64,000 nucleotides of DNA from an uncultured delta proteobacterium (GTDB lineage: Bacteria > Desulfobacterota > Binatia > Binatales > Binataceae). The position numbers and the translations under genes were made by a program. The DNA is taken from NCBI GenBank assembly GCA_963842085.1, contig CAWJET010000001.1:320001-384000 (forward strand). Reading direction: 5' to 3'. Positions 38,919 to 48,389 of the stretch are shown here, one piece after another; position 1 is the stretch's first letter, and every line of letters begins with the position of its first letter. Below the pieces are notes generated by a model. It was not told the origin of the DNA, did not search any database, and was given only the letters and a program-made list of their open reading frames with translations.

Positions 38919-39791
38919 GTGTTCCTGAAGGTCAGACTCTATTTTGGCGCGCTCATCGCGCAGCTGCTGCGAGCGTTACGCCGGCGAAATGTTCTCACAG
39001 TTTCTGGGGCAATATTGGGCCTGCTCAGTCTGGCAACCGCTGTCGTCATCGTTGGTGTCCCGATGTTTCTGGAAAGCGACAAGGTGCTCGAAGCTCACGC
39101 CCTTCCAACGAGCGTAACCCTGCTCGGGCGGTCGTGGCACCTCAACCTCGCAATCGTCGTCAGCGCTGCCTACCTGTACCAATTCTTCTTCAAGACCATC
39201 GAAAGCGCCCGCTCGGAGTCAGCCCGCGAACCTCATCGACTCAAGCGCAGCCGGGTCGAAAGCACGGCGATTAATCGGATTCGCGAGGATCTGCGCAACA
39301 ATCTCAAGACCGCTGGGACCCTTCTCACGGATACGCGGCTGATGCTGGCGGTTCTGGAGGCAGTACTCCTGACCGTCGCCGAAGAAGTCGGTGGTTATGC
39401 CGAGATGGAAAAACTTGAAGCAAATCTGATTATTCGTTCGCCGAATAATCCTAGTAATCTCCGTGTGATTGCGCGGTTCGGAAACACCCGCCCCTATCCC
39501 ATTGAATACACGATGGATCAGCGATCATTCTGTGCTGCATTGTGGCGCGGAGATCCAACCGCGGCGGTGGCCGGGAACATCGCAGCTATTGCGCCGGATA
39601 GTGGGCGGAACGTCCCCTACAGAGACATCCTGCGACTACCGGTTCGCGATTCGAGCGGAAACGTAGCTGCTGCGCTCCGCATCGACAGTACTGAGAAGTA
39701 TCACTTCCCGCGCCGGCAATCCGCGATTCAGAGACTCGAGTTCGAGGTAAGTCCTCACCTTGCCCTGCTCAGAATGATACTTGAACTTTAG
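38919..39791 (+). CDS. 2TM plus GAF-like domain hypothetical protein
   Basis: Two TMs; C-terminal YRDILRLPV...AALRIDS resembles a GAF core; more A/T-ending codons than neighbours. Confidence 0.65.
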   Translation: MFLKVRLYFGALIAQLLRALRRRNVLTVSGAILGLLSLATAVVIVGVPMFLESDKVLEAHALPTSVTLLGRSWHLNLAIVVSAAYLYQFFFKTIESARSESAREPHRLKRSRVESTAINRIREDLRNNLKTAGTLLTDTRLMLAVLEAVLLTVAEEVGGYAEMEKLEANLIIRSPNNPSNLRVIARFGNTRPYPIEYTMDQRSFCAALWRGDPTAAVAGNIAAIAPDSGRNVPYRDILRLPVRDSSGNVAAALRIDSTEKYHFPRRQSAIQRLEFEVSPHLALLRMILEL

Positions 39792-39819
39792 GCGTTAACG
39801 GTTAGACTAATGGGAGTAT

Positions 39820-40080
39820 ATGACGTCCGAGAAAAAACAGGCTGAGGCGGTCCGTCTCTCGATGATGATCCAAGGCGTGGGTATTGGCCGGGACGTTCCC
39901 GATCAAGAAGTGGTCGATTCCTTCGAAAAGATGGAAGGGAAATCTTCGGTGCTTGGCAAATGGGCCAGCAATGCTGTTTCGTTTTTCCTGCCCAGCGTAA
40001 CGCCACCTATCATCCGCGCCAAGCCGACTCAGACAGGACAGTCCGAGGCGGATTTTCCGGCAGCGCGCGGCGCCGTCTGA
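39820..40080 (+). CDS. small hypothetical protein
   Basis: GGGAG Shine-Dalgarno before ATG; follows the 2TM-GAF gene. Confidence 0.55.
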   Translation: MTSEKKQAEAVRLSMMIQGVGIGRDVPDQEVVDSFEKMEGKSSVLGKWASNAVSFFLPSVTPPIIRAKPTQTGQSEADFPAARGAV

Positions 40081-40136
40081 GCCGTTCTGGCACGCGACAC
40101 AACCCCGTTTCCGCCCACGATCGGATTCGCCTCGCC

Positions 40137-40631
40137 CTACTTCGTGCCGTTCTCGGCGGCGAGGATCGCGTGGATCGTCGTCAGCTCTTTCACCATGTAC
40201 GCGCGTTTGCCCTTGGGCGTGACGACTTCGATGTCGTCCTGCGCCGCCTTGCCGATTAGCGCGCGGCCCAGCGGCGACGACAGCGAGATGCGGTTTTGCG
40301 CGCCGTCAACTTCTTCGGGCACGACGATCTCGAATACCGCGATACCGCCCTCATCGAGATCCTCCAGATGAACGCGGCTGCCGAGACCGACGGTGTCGCG
40401 CGGTATCGTCTCGAGGTCGATCATCGCGAGCTCGGCGATTCGCGCCTCCAGGTTGCCGACCCGCGCGCGTAGGAACTCCTGGCGCTGCTTCGCCATCGCC
40501 CATTCCGCGTTTTCGGACAGGTCGCCGTGCGCACGCGCGCGCTCGAGTTCCTTGGGCAGGTCCACGGTGAGTTCGCGCTTGAGCGTCTCGAGGTCTTTTC
40601 TGAGCCGCTTGATTACCGGTAATTCAGCCAT
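40137..40631 (-). CDS. greA: transcription elongation factor GreA
   Basis: ARAHGDLSENAE, ISLSSPLGRALIGK. Confidence 0.92.
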   Translation of the reverse strand: MAELPVIKRLRKDLETLKRELTVDLPKELERARAHGDLSENAEWAMAKQRQEFLRARVGNLEARIAELAMIDLETIPRDTVGLGSRVHLEDLDEGGIAVFEIVVPEEVDGAQNRISLSSPLGRALIGKAAQDDIEVVTPKGKRAYMVKELTTIHAILAAENGTK

Positions 40632-40721
40632 CGATACATTCTTCCTGAATGCGATCTTCTTTTAGTCTATACGATTCGCCGGGCAGGCGAGCGCTTCGGC
40701 AGGCCTCTTTCCCGGCCTGCT

Positions 40722-40955
40722 TCAATCCGCGACGATCGAAGTCAGGCTCCGATTGACGCCCGTCACGCTCTGAATCTTCTGCACCACCAGCTCGCCGAGC
40801 GAGGTCACGTCCGCGGCCTCCGCGATCGCGATGATATCGTGCGGCCCGGTGACCGCGTGCGCCACGGAAACTCCCTTCACGCCGCGAATCTTGGCCGCGA
40901 CTTCGCGCGCCTTTCCCGGTGACGTATCTATAAGGATGAATGCCTTTACGGACAT
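40722..40955 (-). CDS. stand-alone Lrp/AsnC ligand-binding domain protein
   Basis: KAFILI...VTGPHDII...IQSVTGV; GGGAGG Shine-Dalgarno. Confidence 0.85.
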   Translation of the reverse strand: MSVKAFILIDTSPGKAREVAAKIRGVKGVSVAHAVTGPHDIIAIAEAADVTSLGELVVQKIQSVTGVNRSLTSIVAD

Positions 40956-41003
40956 ACTCGTTTCCTCCCGGCGCAACGCCCTCAGACCGGCGTGCGCGCG
41001 CAC

Positions 41004-41885
41004 TTAGCGCGGTGGCGGAATCAAAGCGCCCTTCTCATCATATACATAAAATCCGCGGCCCGACTTGCGGCCGAGGTACCCCGCATCGACGTACTTCTTC
41101 AGCAGCGGGCACGGACGGTACTTGTCGTCGCCCAGCACCCGATGCATCACCTCCATGATTGCGAGGCAGGTATCCAGCCCGATCAGATCGGCCAGCTCGA
41201 GCGGACCCATCGGCTGATTGGTGCCGAGCTTCATCGCGGTGTCGATATCGGTCACGCCGCCGACGCCTTCGTACATCGTGTAGATCGCTTCGTTGATCAT
41301 CGGCAGCAGCACGCGATTGACGATGAATCCCGGGAAGTCCTGCGCGGTCATCGTGGTCTTGCCGAGCTGCTCGGCCAGCGCGCGCGTCTGCTGAAAGGTC
41401 GCTTCCGAGGTGGCGAGTCCGCGAACGATTTCCACCAGCTTCATCGCCGGAACCGGGTTCATGAAATGCATCCCGATCACGCGGTCGGCGCGCGAAGTCC
41501 GCGCCCCCATCCGGGTGATCGAGATCGACGACGTATTCGAGGCCAAAATCGTTTCCGGCGGACAGAGTTTGTCGAGCTTCTGCAGCACCGCGATCTTCGC
41601 GTCTTCGTTTTCAACCACCGCCTCGATCACGAAACCGACCCTGGCCAGGTCTTCGAGATTGGTGGTCGTCTCGACGCGGCGCATCACGGTGTCGCGCGTT
41701 TCGGGCTTGAAGCGCCCGCGCTCGATCATCCGGTCCAGGTTGCGCGCGATCGCATCGACGCCGCGCTTGCACATCTCGGGCGCGATATCGTGCATCACGA
41801 CCGCGATCTCCGCCTGCGCCGCGACCTGCGCGATTCCCGCACCCATTTGCCCTGCTCCAACGACGCCGATCTGGTGCAAACTCAT
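41004..41885 (-). CDS. hbd: 3-hydroxybutyryl-CoA dehydrogenase
   Basis: GAGQMGAG, ASNTSSISIT, GMHFMNP, PMGPLELAD, LGRKSGRGFY. Confidence 0.92.
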   Translation of the reverse strand: MSLHQIGVVGAGQMGAGIAQVAAQAEIAVVMHDIAPEMCKRGVDAIARNLDRMIERGRFKPETRDTVMRRVETTTNLEDLARVGFVIEAVVENEDAKIAVLQKLDKLCPPETILASNTSSISITRMGARTSRADRVIGMHFMNPVPAMKLVEIVRGLATSEATFQQTRALAEQLGKTTMTAQDFPGFIVNRVLLPMINEAIYTMYEGVGGVTDIDTAMKLGTNQPMGPLELADLIGLDTCLAIMEVMHRVLGDDKYRPCPLLKKYVDAGYLGRKSGRGFYVYDEKGALIPPPR

Positions 41886-41915
41886 TCGCCTCTCCGAAAA
41901 CTGTTCGCCCTTGAC

Positions 41916-42194
41916 CTAGAGGTACGGGATATAATTCTTGAGCGAGCTAAGCAACGCCGCAACGTCGGCCTCGTCGCCAAGCTCGCGGCACAGGATTTCG
42001 TAGTAACCCCTGATACGGCCGCGCTCCTGGTTTTCCGGCGCCTCCGCGAGCATCGCCTGGAAGTCCTTGAGAATCGCCTGGGTTTCGAGTTTTTTCTTGA
42101 CCGGAATCGCTTCGTCATCGACGGCGATCAGCAAACGGATATGATCGATCATCCGGTTCATCACGGCAAAATCGCTGCGATCTTTCTCCACCAT
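41916..42194 (-). CDS. hypothetical protein
   Basis: Compact helical ORF in operon context. Confidence 0.7.
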   Translation of the reverse strand: MVEKDRSDFAVMNRMIDHIRLLIAVDDEAIPVKKKLETQAILKDFQAMLAEAPENQERGRIRGYYEILCRELGDEADVAALLSSLKNYIPYL

Positions 42195-42217
42195 CGGCTA
42201 AGTCGCTCGCACCCGCA

Positions 42218-42577
42218 TCAATGATGCTCGGGCGGCTCCTCGCCACCGACCCACGTGCCAGCGCCGCCGCTGCGCATCGCGGTGCGCACCTTCATTACGT
42301 CTTCGGGCGATTGGCGCCCCGGCATCCCGAGGTTGCGCATCAGGACGTTGGTCATGCTCGAGGTCAGCCGGTCGCGGATGGTAGGCGCGGCGCCGACTTG
42401 CGCGTCGAGCACCACGTCGACCTGCTCGCGCGTCAGACCCTCCGCCACGAAAATATCGACCAGCGCGGCCAATCCAACTTCGCCGCCGGCGCGGTCCACG
42501 ATCGCCACTACTTTCGCACACGGCGTGCAGACGCGGCGGATCAGTCCCGCCCGCTTGCTGCAATAGACGCATTGCAT
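42218..42577 (-). CDS. hypothetical protein with N-terminal CxxC-x10-CxxC zinc ribbon
   Basis: MQCVYCSKRAGLIRRVCTPC. Confidence 0.7.
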   Translation of the reverse strand: MQCVYCSKRAGLIRRVCTPCAKVVAIVDRAGGEVGLAALVDIFVAEGLTREQVDVVLDAQVGAAPTIRDRLTSSMTNVLMRNLGMPGRQSPEDVMKVRTAMRSGGAGTWVGGEEPPEHH

Positions 42578-42735
42578 CAGGAGAATTACCGCCTAACCCA
42601 AATAAAGTCCCCGAAAAAAGCTTGAAGCGGCCGTGCGCACGAAAAATCGGCGGGCCCGCTTCGCTTTGTGAGGCTACTACCGGCTGTAGGCGGTTCGCAA
42701 GTATGAAGTCGAAGCCTAAGCGATTAGCCGCGGCG

Positions 42736-42786
42736 TTGACTTCCTGGATTGTTGCGACTAGCTTATGTAATTGAGAATCATTCTCA
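42736..42786 (+). promoter_or_regulatory. sigma70 promoter followed by a Fur-type box
   Basis: TTGACT-17-TAGCTT, then perfect 7-1-7 IR TGAGAAT-C-ATTCTCA (42772-42786). Confidence 0.8.
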
Positions 42787-42800
42787 GAATTCACCGCGTT

Positions 42801-43646
42801 ATGACCCAAACCGCAGTCGCCTACTTCTTCTATTCGCTGGGAATTCTGTTCCGCGAGGGCATGGAAGCGATGCTGGTCATCGTCGCGCTCGCGGCCGGCA
42901 CGCGCGGCGCGGGACGAATCGGCCGCTCACGCGACGTTTACACGGGCGCGGCAGCCGCAATCGTCGCGAGCATCGCGCTGGCGTGGGCGGTCAATCACGT
43001 AATCACCGACGACGCCAGCGACACGCTCGAAGGCGTCTTCCAACTGTTCGCCGCGGCGACGCTCTTTTACGTCAGCTCGTGGATGACCTCGAAGGGCCAG
43101 GCCGACCGCTGGATGAGGTTTATCTCGCACAAGCTCGAGAGCGCCGAGCACAGCACGATTCCCGGCATCGCGCTCGGGCTGACCGCGTTTTTGGCCGTGA
43201 TGCGCGAAGGGGCGGAGACGATAGTGTTCTTCCAAGCGCTGACCAGCGGCGCCACCGAGACGGTCGAGCGGCACGCGGTTGCAGCCGGTATCGTCGCGGC
43301 CACGCTCGCGCTGGCGGTCTCGTTCGTGGTCATCAAGCGCGCGGCCGATCGAATCCCGATGAGGTTTTTCTTCTACACGACTTCTTTCATGCTCTACGCG
43401 CTGGCGATCGTGTTTGTCGGCCAGGGCGTCGCGAGCTTGCAGGAAGCGTCGGTAGTGCCCGCGACGTTCGTGAACTACGCGCCGACGATTCCGATGCTCG
43501 GCCTGTTCCCTACCGTTCAATCGCTCGGCGCGCAGGCGGTTCTGCTGATACTGGCGGCGGCCTACGTGTTCGTTCCACGCAACGCGGCCGCTCGGCAGGT
43601 CAGGGTTGCTGAGCGGGCGGCGATGCAGCGGGCGCAGCGGGGTTAG
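42801..43646 (+). CDS. FTR1/EfeU family iron permease
   Basis: Two RExxE motifs (REGME, REGAE); multi-TM. Confidence 0.92.
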   Translation: MTQTAVAYFFYSLGILFREGMEAMLVIVALAAGTRGAGRIGRSRDVYTGAAAAIVASIALAWAVNHVITDDASDTLEGVFQLFAAATLFYVSSWMTSKGQADRWMRFISHKLESAEHSTIPGIALGLTAFLAVMREGAETIVFFQALTSGATETVERHAVAAGIVAATLALAVSFVVIKRAADRIPMRFFFYTTSFMLYALAIVFVGQGVASLQEASVVPATFVNYAPTIPMLGLFPTVQSLGAQAVLLILAAAYVFVPRNAAARQVRVAERAAMQRAQRG

Positions 43647-44037
43647 GCTTGAGCGCGGGCGCCGCAGCGACGGAATCGGCCCCGCCATACAGCACCGTTT
43701 CGACGTCAGAACTCAGCTTCTCGGATACCACCAGCGCGCGGAACCCCATCCGCGTGCATTGCTCGGCGGTCGCGTCGCGCGCGACCGCGCTTTGACGCAC
43801 GCGCTTGAGCGCGACGCGCAAATCCTGGGTGCGTTCCAGCAGAACCGACAGGCGCGCCTCGACGATCGCCGTCGAATCGCCGCCGCTGGCCGCCAGATCG
43901 AGCGCCAACGATTCATCGTGTTCCGCGTCGGCCAGCGCATGAAGCGCGGTTTTGATTTCGGTGCAGGCCGCCTCGGCGCCGCTTTCGGGCCCTGGAGATA
44001 AATCCGCGGCCAGAGTCGTTTGAACTGTGGCGAGCAC
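43600..44037 (-). CDS. possible secreted hypothetical protein
   Basis: Helical ORF with a signal-like hydrophobic stretch; no clear ATG; overlaps the FTR1 3' end. Confidence 0.45.
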   Translation of the reverse strand: MLATVQTTLAADLSPGPESGAEAACTEIKTALHALADAEHDESLALDLAASGGDSTAIVEARLSVLLERTQDLRVALKRVRQSAVARDATAEQCTRMGFRALVVSEKLSSDVETVLYGGADSVAAAPALKPNPAAPAASPPAQQP

Positions 44038-44075
44038 AATGACGCCGAGCGCAAGTAGAATCCGCGTGGATGCTG

Positions 44076-44101
44076 AAAAAAAAGCCGGCCACGCGGCCGG
44101 C
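44076..44101 (-). terminator. intrinsic terminator of the ferredoxin unit
   Basis: GCCGGCC-gcgt-GGCCGGC followed by T8 on the minus strand. Confidence 0.8.
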
Positions 44102-44138
44102 CCCGAAAATCCTTTCTCGGCGGGCGCGCGCGATAGCG

Positions 44139-44612
44139 TCAGGCGGCGTCTTCCTCGCTTCGTTCGTAGCCGAGCGAGCTCAGGAACGCCTCCTTCTGGC
44201 CGGACGGCATGATGTAGATTCCGTCCCATCCGCAGACCTCTTCGCAAAGCAGGCATCCGACGCAGGTCTTCTCGTTGACCTGCACCTTGCCGAGATAGAC
44301 CGCCGTGTTCTCCGGCGACGGCGCGATGCAATCGAACGGGCACACGTCGACGCATACGCCGCAGCCGTTGCAGTTGTCGGGATGGACCACGGCGACCGGG
44401 CGCTCGGCGCGCTTGAGCACGTGGGTGATCTCGCCGTGATTGTTCATGATCGCGTCGTCGGGGCAAATCACGCCGCACGCGCCGCAATCGATGCACATCG
44501 CGGCTTCGATGTAATAGACCTTTTTCGAGAGGCCCGAGATGGCGCCGGTGGGGCAGCGCTTTTCGCATGCGCTGCAGCCGGTGCAATTCTCGGCGATGAT
44601 CGTAAATGGCAT
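44139..44612 (-). CDS. 4x[4Fe-4S] polyferredoxin
   Basis: CTGCSACEKRCP, CIDCGACGVICP, CNGCGVCVDVCP, CVGCLLCEEVC. Confidence 0.92.
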   Translation of the reverse strand: MPFTIIAENCTGCSACEKRCPTGAISGLSKKVYYIEAAMCIDCGACGVICPDDAIMNNHGEITHVLKRAERPVAVVHPDNCNGCGVCVDVCPFDCIAPSPENTAVYLGKVQVNEKTCVGCLLCEEVCGWDGIYIMPSGQKEAFLSSLGYERSEEDAA

Positions 44613-44621
44613 TCCGCTTCC

Positions 44622-44804
44622 CTACTTCCTCATCTCGTCGATGATGCGTTCGCGATGGCCGTGCTCGATCAGTTGATCGTTGCGGCGGGCCTGCTTGAGC
44701 GCGACGTAGGTGAAAAACATCACCAGGATCATCATGGCGATGATCGGGATGTTGTCGGGAACGGTCAGGATATCGAGAAACTGCTGAAGTCCGGTAATCT
44801 GCAC
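44622..44804 (-). CDS. 60-aa TM protein resembling the N-terminal module of cytochrome b subunit IV-like proteins
   Basis: PDNIPIIAM...FFTYVALKQARRND; GAGG Shine-Dalgarno; similarity recalled, not searched. Confidence 0.7.
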   Translation of the reverse strand: MQITGLQQFLDILTVPDNIPIIAMMILVMFFTYVALKQARRNDQLIEHGHRERIIDEMRK

Positions 44805-45023
44805 GATTGAATCCTCGAGGCTGTGCTCAGTCTTCTGAGATCAGAGGTACCAACGCCATTAGCCAGTGTCAACTTTGATGCGGTGGCGGATACGTCGCGC
44901 TAATCGCATCGACGAGCGGCGCCTGTCAAGCTCGCGTCCTTGCATATACCCAAAGATAAATCGTACCGTTCTCGTCATCAGGCCCTGCGTTTAATCGATA
45001 CGCAACAACGGGAGGAGAGACCG

Positions 45024-45458
45024 ATGAACACTCAATGGTGGAAGCGATCGGCTATCCTTGCGGCCTTGGCGTTGCTCGTGTTCTGCGCGACTGAAGCGCG
45101 CGCACAAATTAGCAGCTACATGCCGGCAGCGCCGTCTCAAGCGGCCCAGGCGCTCACCGGCGGTCAGCAGTCAGCGGCGAACAGCGCGTTATGTTCTGCT
45201 ATTGCGAGTCATTTTCCGAATCCCTCCGCGGCCGGTCCGTCCGCATTGAGCGATCCGGCTGTGATATCCACTGCGGCTTCGTCATTCGCGGGCAGCGCGA
45301 GCCTTCCGCTTTCCAGCGCTACGGATATGCTCAAGGGGTACGTAGCTCAACATGCCACCGATATCCTGGCATCGTGCGCCACCAGCAATGCCACGAGTGG
45401 CTTGCCCTCGAAAGTTCCAGGGGTGGGTAGCTTACCTTCGATCCCCAAAATGCCGTAA
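45024..45458 (+). CDS. secreted Ser/Ala-rich hypothetical protein
   Basis: GGAGG Shine-Dalgarno; signal peptide ending ARA; two Cys in the mature part. Confidence 0.7.
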   Translation: MNTQWWKRSAILAALALLVFCATEARAQISSYMPAAPSQAAQALTGGQQSAANSALCSAIASHFPNPSAAGPSALSDPAVISTAASSFAGSASLPLSSATDMLKGYVAQHATDILASCATSNATSGLPSKVPGVGSLPSIPKMP

Positions 45459-45504
45459 GGCAGGCGCTACGCTTGCAGGGCGGCTTTGTCTGCGGGCACA
45501 GTAG

Positions 45505-46266
45505 TTGAGCATGGCCGGACAGCCGCAGGTTTCGTCGTATGCCGCGCCTCACCGCGGGCTCTTCAATCTCGCTTGGGGGTTGATCGGGACTGGGCTCTCC
45601 GTGCTGTGGACGGCGCTGTGCGCGATCGCCGCGGCGATCGCCGCCACGATGCGCAAGCCGCATGCCGTCACACTGATCACGCGCGTATGGGGCCGCGTGC
45701 TGATCAGGCTCTGCGGCATCAAGGTGGAAATCGAAGGCTTCGAGAACCTCGCCGGCCTCGAGCACTATGTGCTCGTCGCCAACCATCAGAGCTTCTTCGA
45801 TATCTTCGCTTGCTCCGCCTACATGCCGGGCGAGCCGCGTTTCGTCGCCAAGAAGGAACTGCTCAAAATCCCGGTGATCGGCTACGCGATGGATCGCGGC
45901 GGCCATATCATCATCGACCGCGAAGCGGGCGGCCGCGAGATCCGCAAGGCGATCGCGCTCATACGCAGCGGCCTCGACGTAATCGTCTTCGCCGAGGGTC
46001 ATCGCTACAACGACAACCGCGTGCACGAGTTCAACGACGGCGCGGCGTGGCTCGCCATCCTGTCCGGACTACCCGCCGTTCCGATGTCAATCAGCGGCTC
46101 GGGCCTGTTTTTTCCGCGCGGCGCGATGGTCGTGACGCCGGGCCTGACGATGCGCATGAGGATCGGCAAACCGATCCCGACCGAAGGAATGCGCAGCGCC
46201 GACCGCACCGAGCTGACGCGCAAGCTCGAAGAAGCGGTGCGCGCGACATTCACGACCGAGGTCTGA
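45505..46266 (+). CDS. plsC: 1-acyl-sn-glycerol-3-phosphate acyltransferase family protein
   Basis: NHQSFFD, FVAKKEL, FAEG. Confidence 0.85.
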   Translation: MSMAGQPQVSSYAAPHRGLFNLAWGLIGTGLSVLWTALCAIAAAIAATMRKPHAVTLITRVWGRVLIRLCGIKVEIEGFENLAGLEHYVLVANHQSFFDIFACSAYMPGEPRFVAKKELLKIPVIGYAMDRGGHIIIDREAGGREIRKAIALIRSGLDVIVFAEGHRYNDNRVHEFNDGAAWLAILSGLPAVPMSISGSGLFFPRGAMVVTPGLTMRMRIGKPIPTEGMRSADRTELTRKLEEAVRATFTTEV

Positions 46267-46334
46267 GTTTCATATTGCCTTGATGGGCGCTGACGTGGCA
46301 GATCGATTGTGGTCGATCGAAGGAGGATCCAACC

Positions 46335-47936
46335 ATGACGGCAGCTTCGATGCCCAAAGAGTCGGGTGCTCAATCTTATGCGGTAGTTGAGACCGCTTAC
46401 GGTCGGGTTCGCGGGGTTGCCGCGAATGGCGTGAGGAGTTTCAAGGGAATTCCGTACGGCGCCTCCACTGCGGGGCGCAATCGTTTCATGCCGCCGGTTG
46501 CGCCGGCGCCGTGGGCGGGAGTGCGCGACGCGCTCGGCTATGGACCGTCGGCGCCGCAGAATCCCTCGAACATGCGCGGCGCGGTCGATCCGAAGAGTGC
46601 GTTCGCCGCGTATGGCGACCCTGACGGCATCGTCGAGAGCGAGGACTGCCTCGTGCTCAACGTGTGGACGCGCGAGGTGGGCGACGACCGCCGGCGGCCG
46701 GTGATGGTCTGGCTGCATGGCGGAGGCCTCCAGGCAAGCTCGGCCTCGCCGCCGATGTATGACGGCAGCAACCTGGTGCGGCGCGGCGACGTGGTGGTGG
46801 TCAGCGTCAATCATCGCCTGGGCGCGCTGGGCTATACGTATTTCGCGGGCATCGGCGGAAGCGAATTCGCCGAGTCGCGCAACGTTGGAATGCTGGATTT
46901 GGTCGCGGCGCTGGAATGGGTGCGCGACAGTATCGCGAAGTTCGGCGGCGATGCGCGGATGGTGACGATCTTCGGTGAGTCGGGCGGCGGACAGAAAGTC
47001 TCGACGCTGCTCGCGATGCCGGCGGCAAAAAATTTGTTTCATCGCGCGGTGATTCAGAGCGGCCCGGGATTGAGGATGAATAAGCCACGCCACGCGGAGC
47101 AGGTAGCGGAAATGCTGCTGGCCGAGCTCGGACTTGGCCGCGCGCGGCTCCGCGAAGCGCAGACCGTGCCGGTGGAACGAATCGTCGCGGCGCAGGCGGC
47201 GGTCCAGGAAAAACTCGGCGCGCGCGTGCCGGGGTTCATCCAGGGATTCTCGCCGGTCGTCGACGGCGTTACGCTGCCGCGGCATCCGTTCGATCCCGAC
47301 GCGCCCGGCGTTTCCGCCGGCGTGCCATTGATCGTTGGCTACAACCGCACCGAGATGACGCTGTTCGTCGCCGCGGAGCCGAAGGCTTTTTCACTGGACG
47401 AGGACGGGCTGCATCGACGCGCAGGGCGTCTGCTGGGAGAGAACGCAGACAGCGTGATCGAGGTTTTCCGCAAAGCGAATCCCGGCGCGACTCCGTCGGA
47501 ACTGATGTTTCTTATCGGAACCGAGTATCCCACCGCGGCCTATTCGAGAAAGATCGCGGAGCGCAAGGCGGCGCAGGGCGGCGCGCCCGCATACCTGTAC
47601 CGCTTCGATTGGGAGACGCCGGTCTCGGGCGGGCGGCTCAAGTCACCGCATGCGCTCGAGATACCGTTCGTGTTCGACAACGTCGGCGCGCCGCTGGCAG
47701 CGCGTCTTGCGCCCGACCGGCCCGACGTCCACGCGCTGGCGCATGCGATGAGCGATCGATGGATTGCGTTCGCGCGCAGCGGCGAGCCCAACGCGGACGC
47801 GACGCCGCGGTGGCCCGCCTACAGCGGGTCGGAGCGCGCGACGATGCTCTTCAACAGCGAATGCAGAGTCGAGAACGATCCCAACCGGGCGGAACGGGTG
47901 GCGATCGACAACATTCTGTTTCCGCAGAAGAACTGA
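46335..47936 (+). CDS. type B carboxylesterase
   Basis: [28 protein letters not shown]. Confidence 0.92.
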   Translation: MTAASMPKESGAQSYAVVETAYGRVRGVAANGVRSFKGIPYGASTAGRNRFMPPVAPAPWAGVRDALGYGPSAPQNPSNMRGAVDPKSAFAAYGDPDGIVESEDCLVLNVWTREVGDDRRRPVMVWLHGGGLQASSASPPMYDGSNLVRRGDVVVVSVNHRLGALGYTYFAGIGGSEFAESRNVGMLDLVAALEWVRDSIAKFGGDARMVTIFGESGGGQKVSTLLAMPAAKNLFHRAVIQSGPGLRMNKPRHAEQVAEMLLAELGLGRARLREAQTVPVERIVAAQAAVQEKLGARVPGFIQGFSPVVDGVTLPRHPFDPDAPGVSAGVPLIVGYNRTEMTLFVAAEPKAFSLDEDGLHRRAGRLLGENADSVIEVFRKANPGATPSELMFLIGTEYPTAAYSRKIAERKAAQGGAPAYLYRFDWETPVSGGRLKSPHALEIPFVFDNVGAPLAARLAPDRPDVHALAHAMSDRWIAFARSGEPNADATPRWPAYSGSERATMLFNSECRVENDPNRAERVAIDNILFPQKN

Positions 47937-47940
47937 GCGG

Positions 47941-48297
47941 TCAGGCCTTGCGATCGAAGATGAAGAGCGGGACCTGGTTGGCGAGCTTGGGATCGATCGA
48001 CAGGACACGCCGTCCCGCCTCGATCTGAATCGCGCCCGCGTCGAGACCGGCCATGCGGAAATTCGCTGCTACTTGATCAACGTCCTCGGCCTCGAGCCAC
48101 AGACCGGTCATCCCTTCGCTCGACGAATCGATCGTCGCGCCGGCGACCAGACGAATTTCCGCACCGCCAACCTTGACCGACGCCGACTTCCCGTCCGCCG
48201 ACCGGGTCACCGCAAAGCCGAAGTTCTTCTCATAGAGCGACGCGGCGTCCGCGAGATCCGAGGTGGCGACTTCGAGCGTATCGAGGCGTTTGATCAT
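47941..48297 (-). CDS. VOC-fold protein
   Basis: MIKRLDTLEVATSDL...YEKNFGF. Confidence 0.75.
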   Translation of the reverse strand: MIKRLDTLEVATSDLADAASLYEKNFGFAVTRSADGKSASVKVGGAEIRLVAGATIDSSSEGMTGLWLEAEDVDQVAANFRMAGLDAGAIQIEAGRRVLSIDPKLANQVPLFIFDRKA

Positions 48298-48333
48298 CGC
48301 CCTCGATTCTATCGCGCGGCGGGAAATTGTTCC

Positions 48334-48367
48334 AAAGAAAAACGGGGCCGGATTGCTCCAGCCCCGT
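48334..48367 (-). terminator. intrinsic terminator ending the cytochrome bc cluster
   Basis: ACGGGGCTGGA-gcaa-TCCGGCCCCGT followed by TTTTCTTT on the minus strand. Confidence 0.7.
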
Positions 48368-48389
48368 GACTCATCTATGCGGACCGCGC

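Noticed and set aside
39785-39815. Integron attC-like GTTAGAC after the 2TM-GAF gene
   Set aside because: No matching inverse core or palindrome, and no integrase in the window.
42600-42735. Possible tRNA or ncRNA upstream of FTR1
   Set aside because: GGTTCG is present, but no cloverleaf or CCA end could be built.
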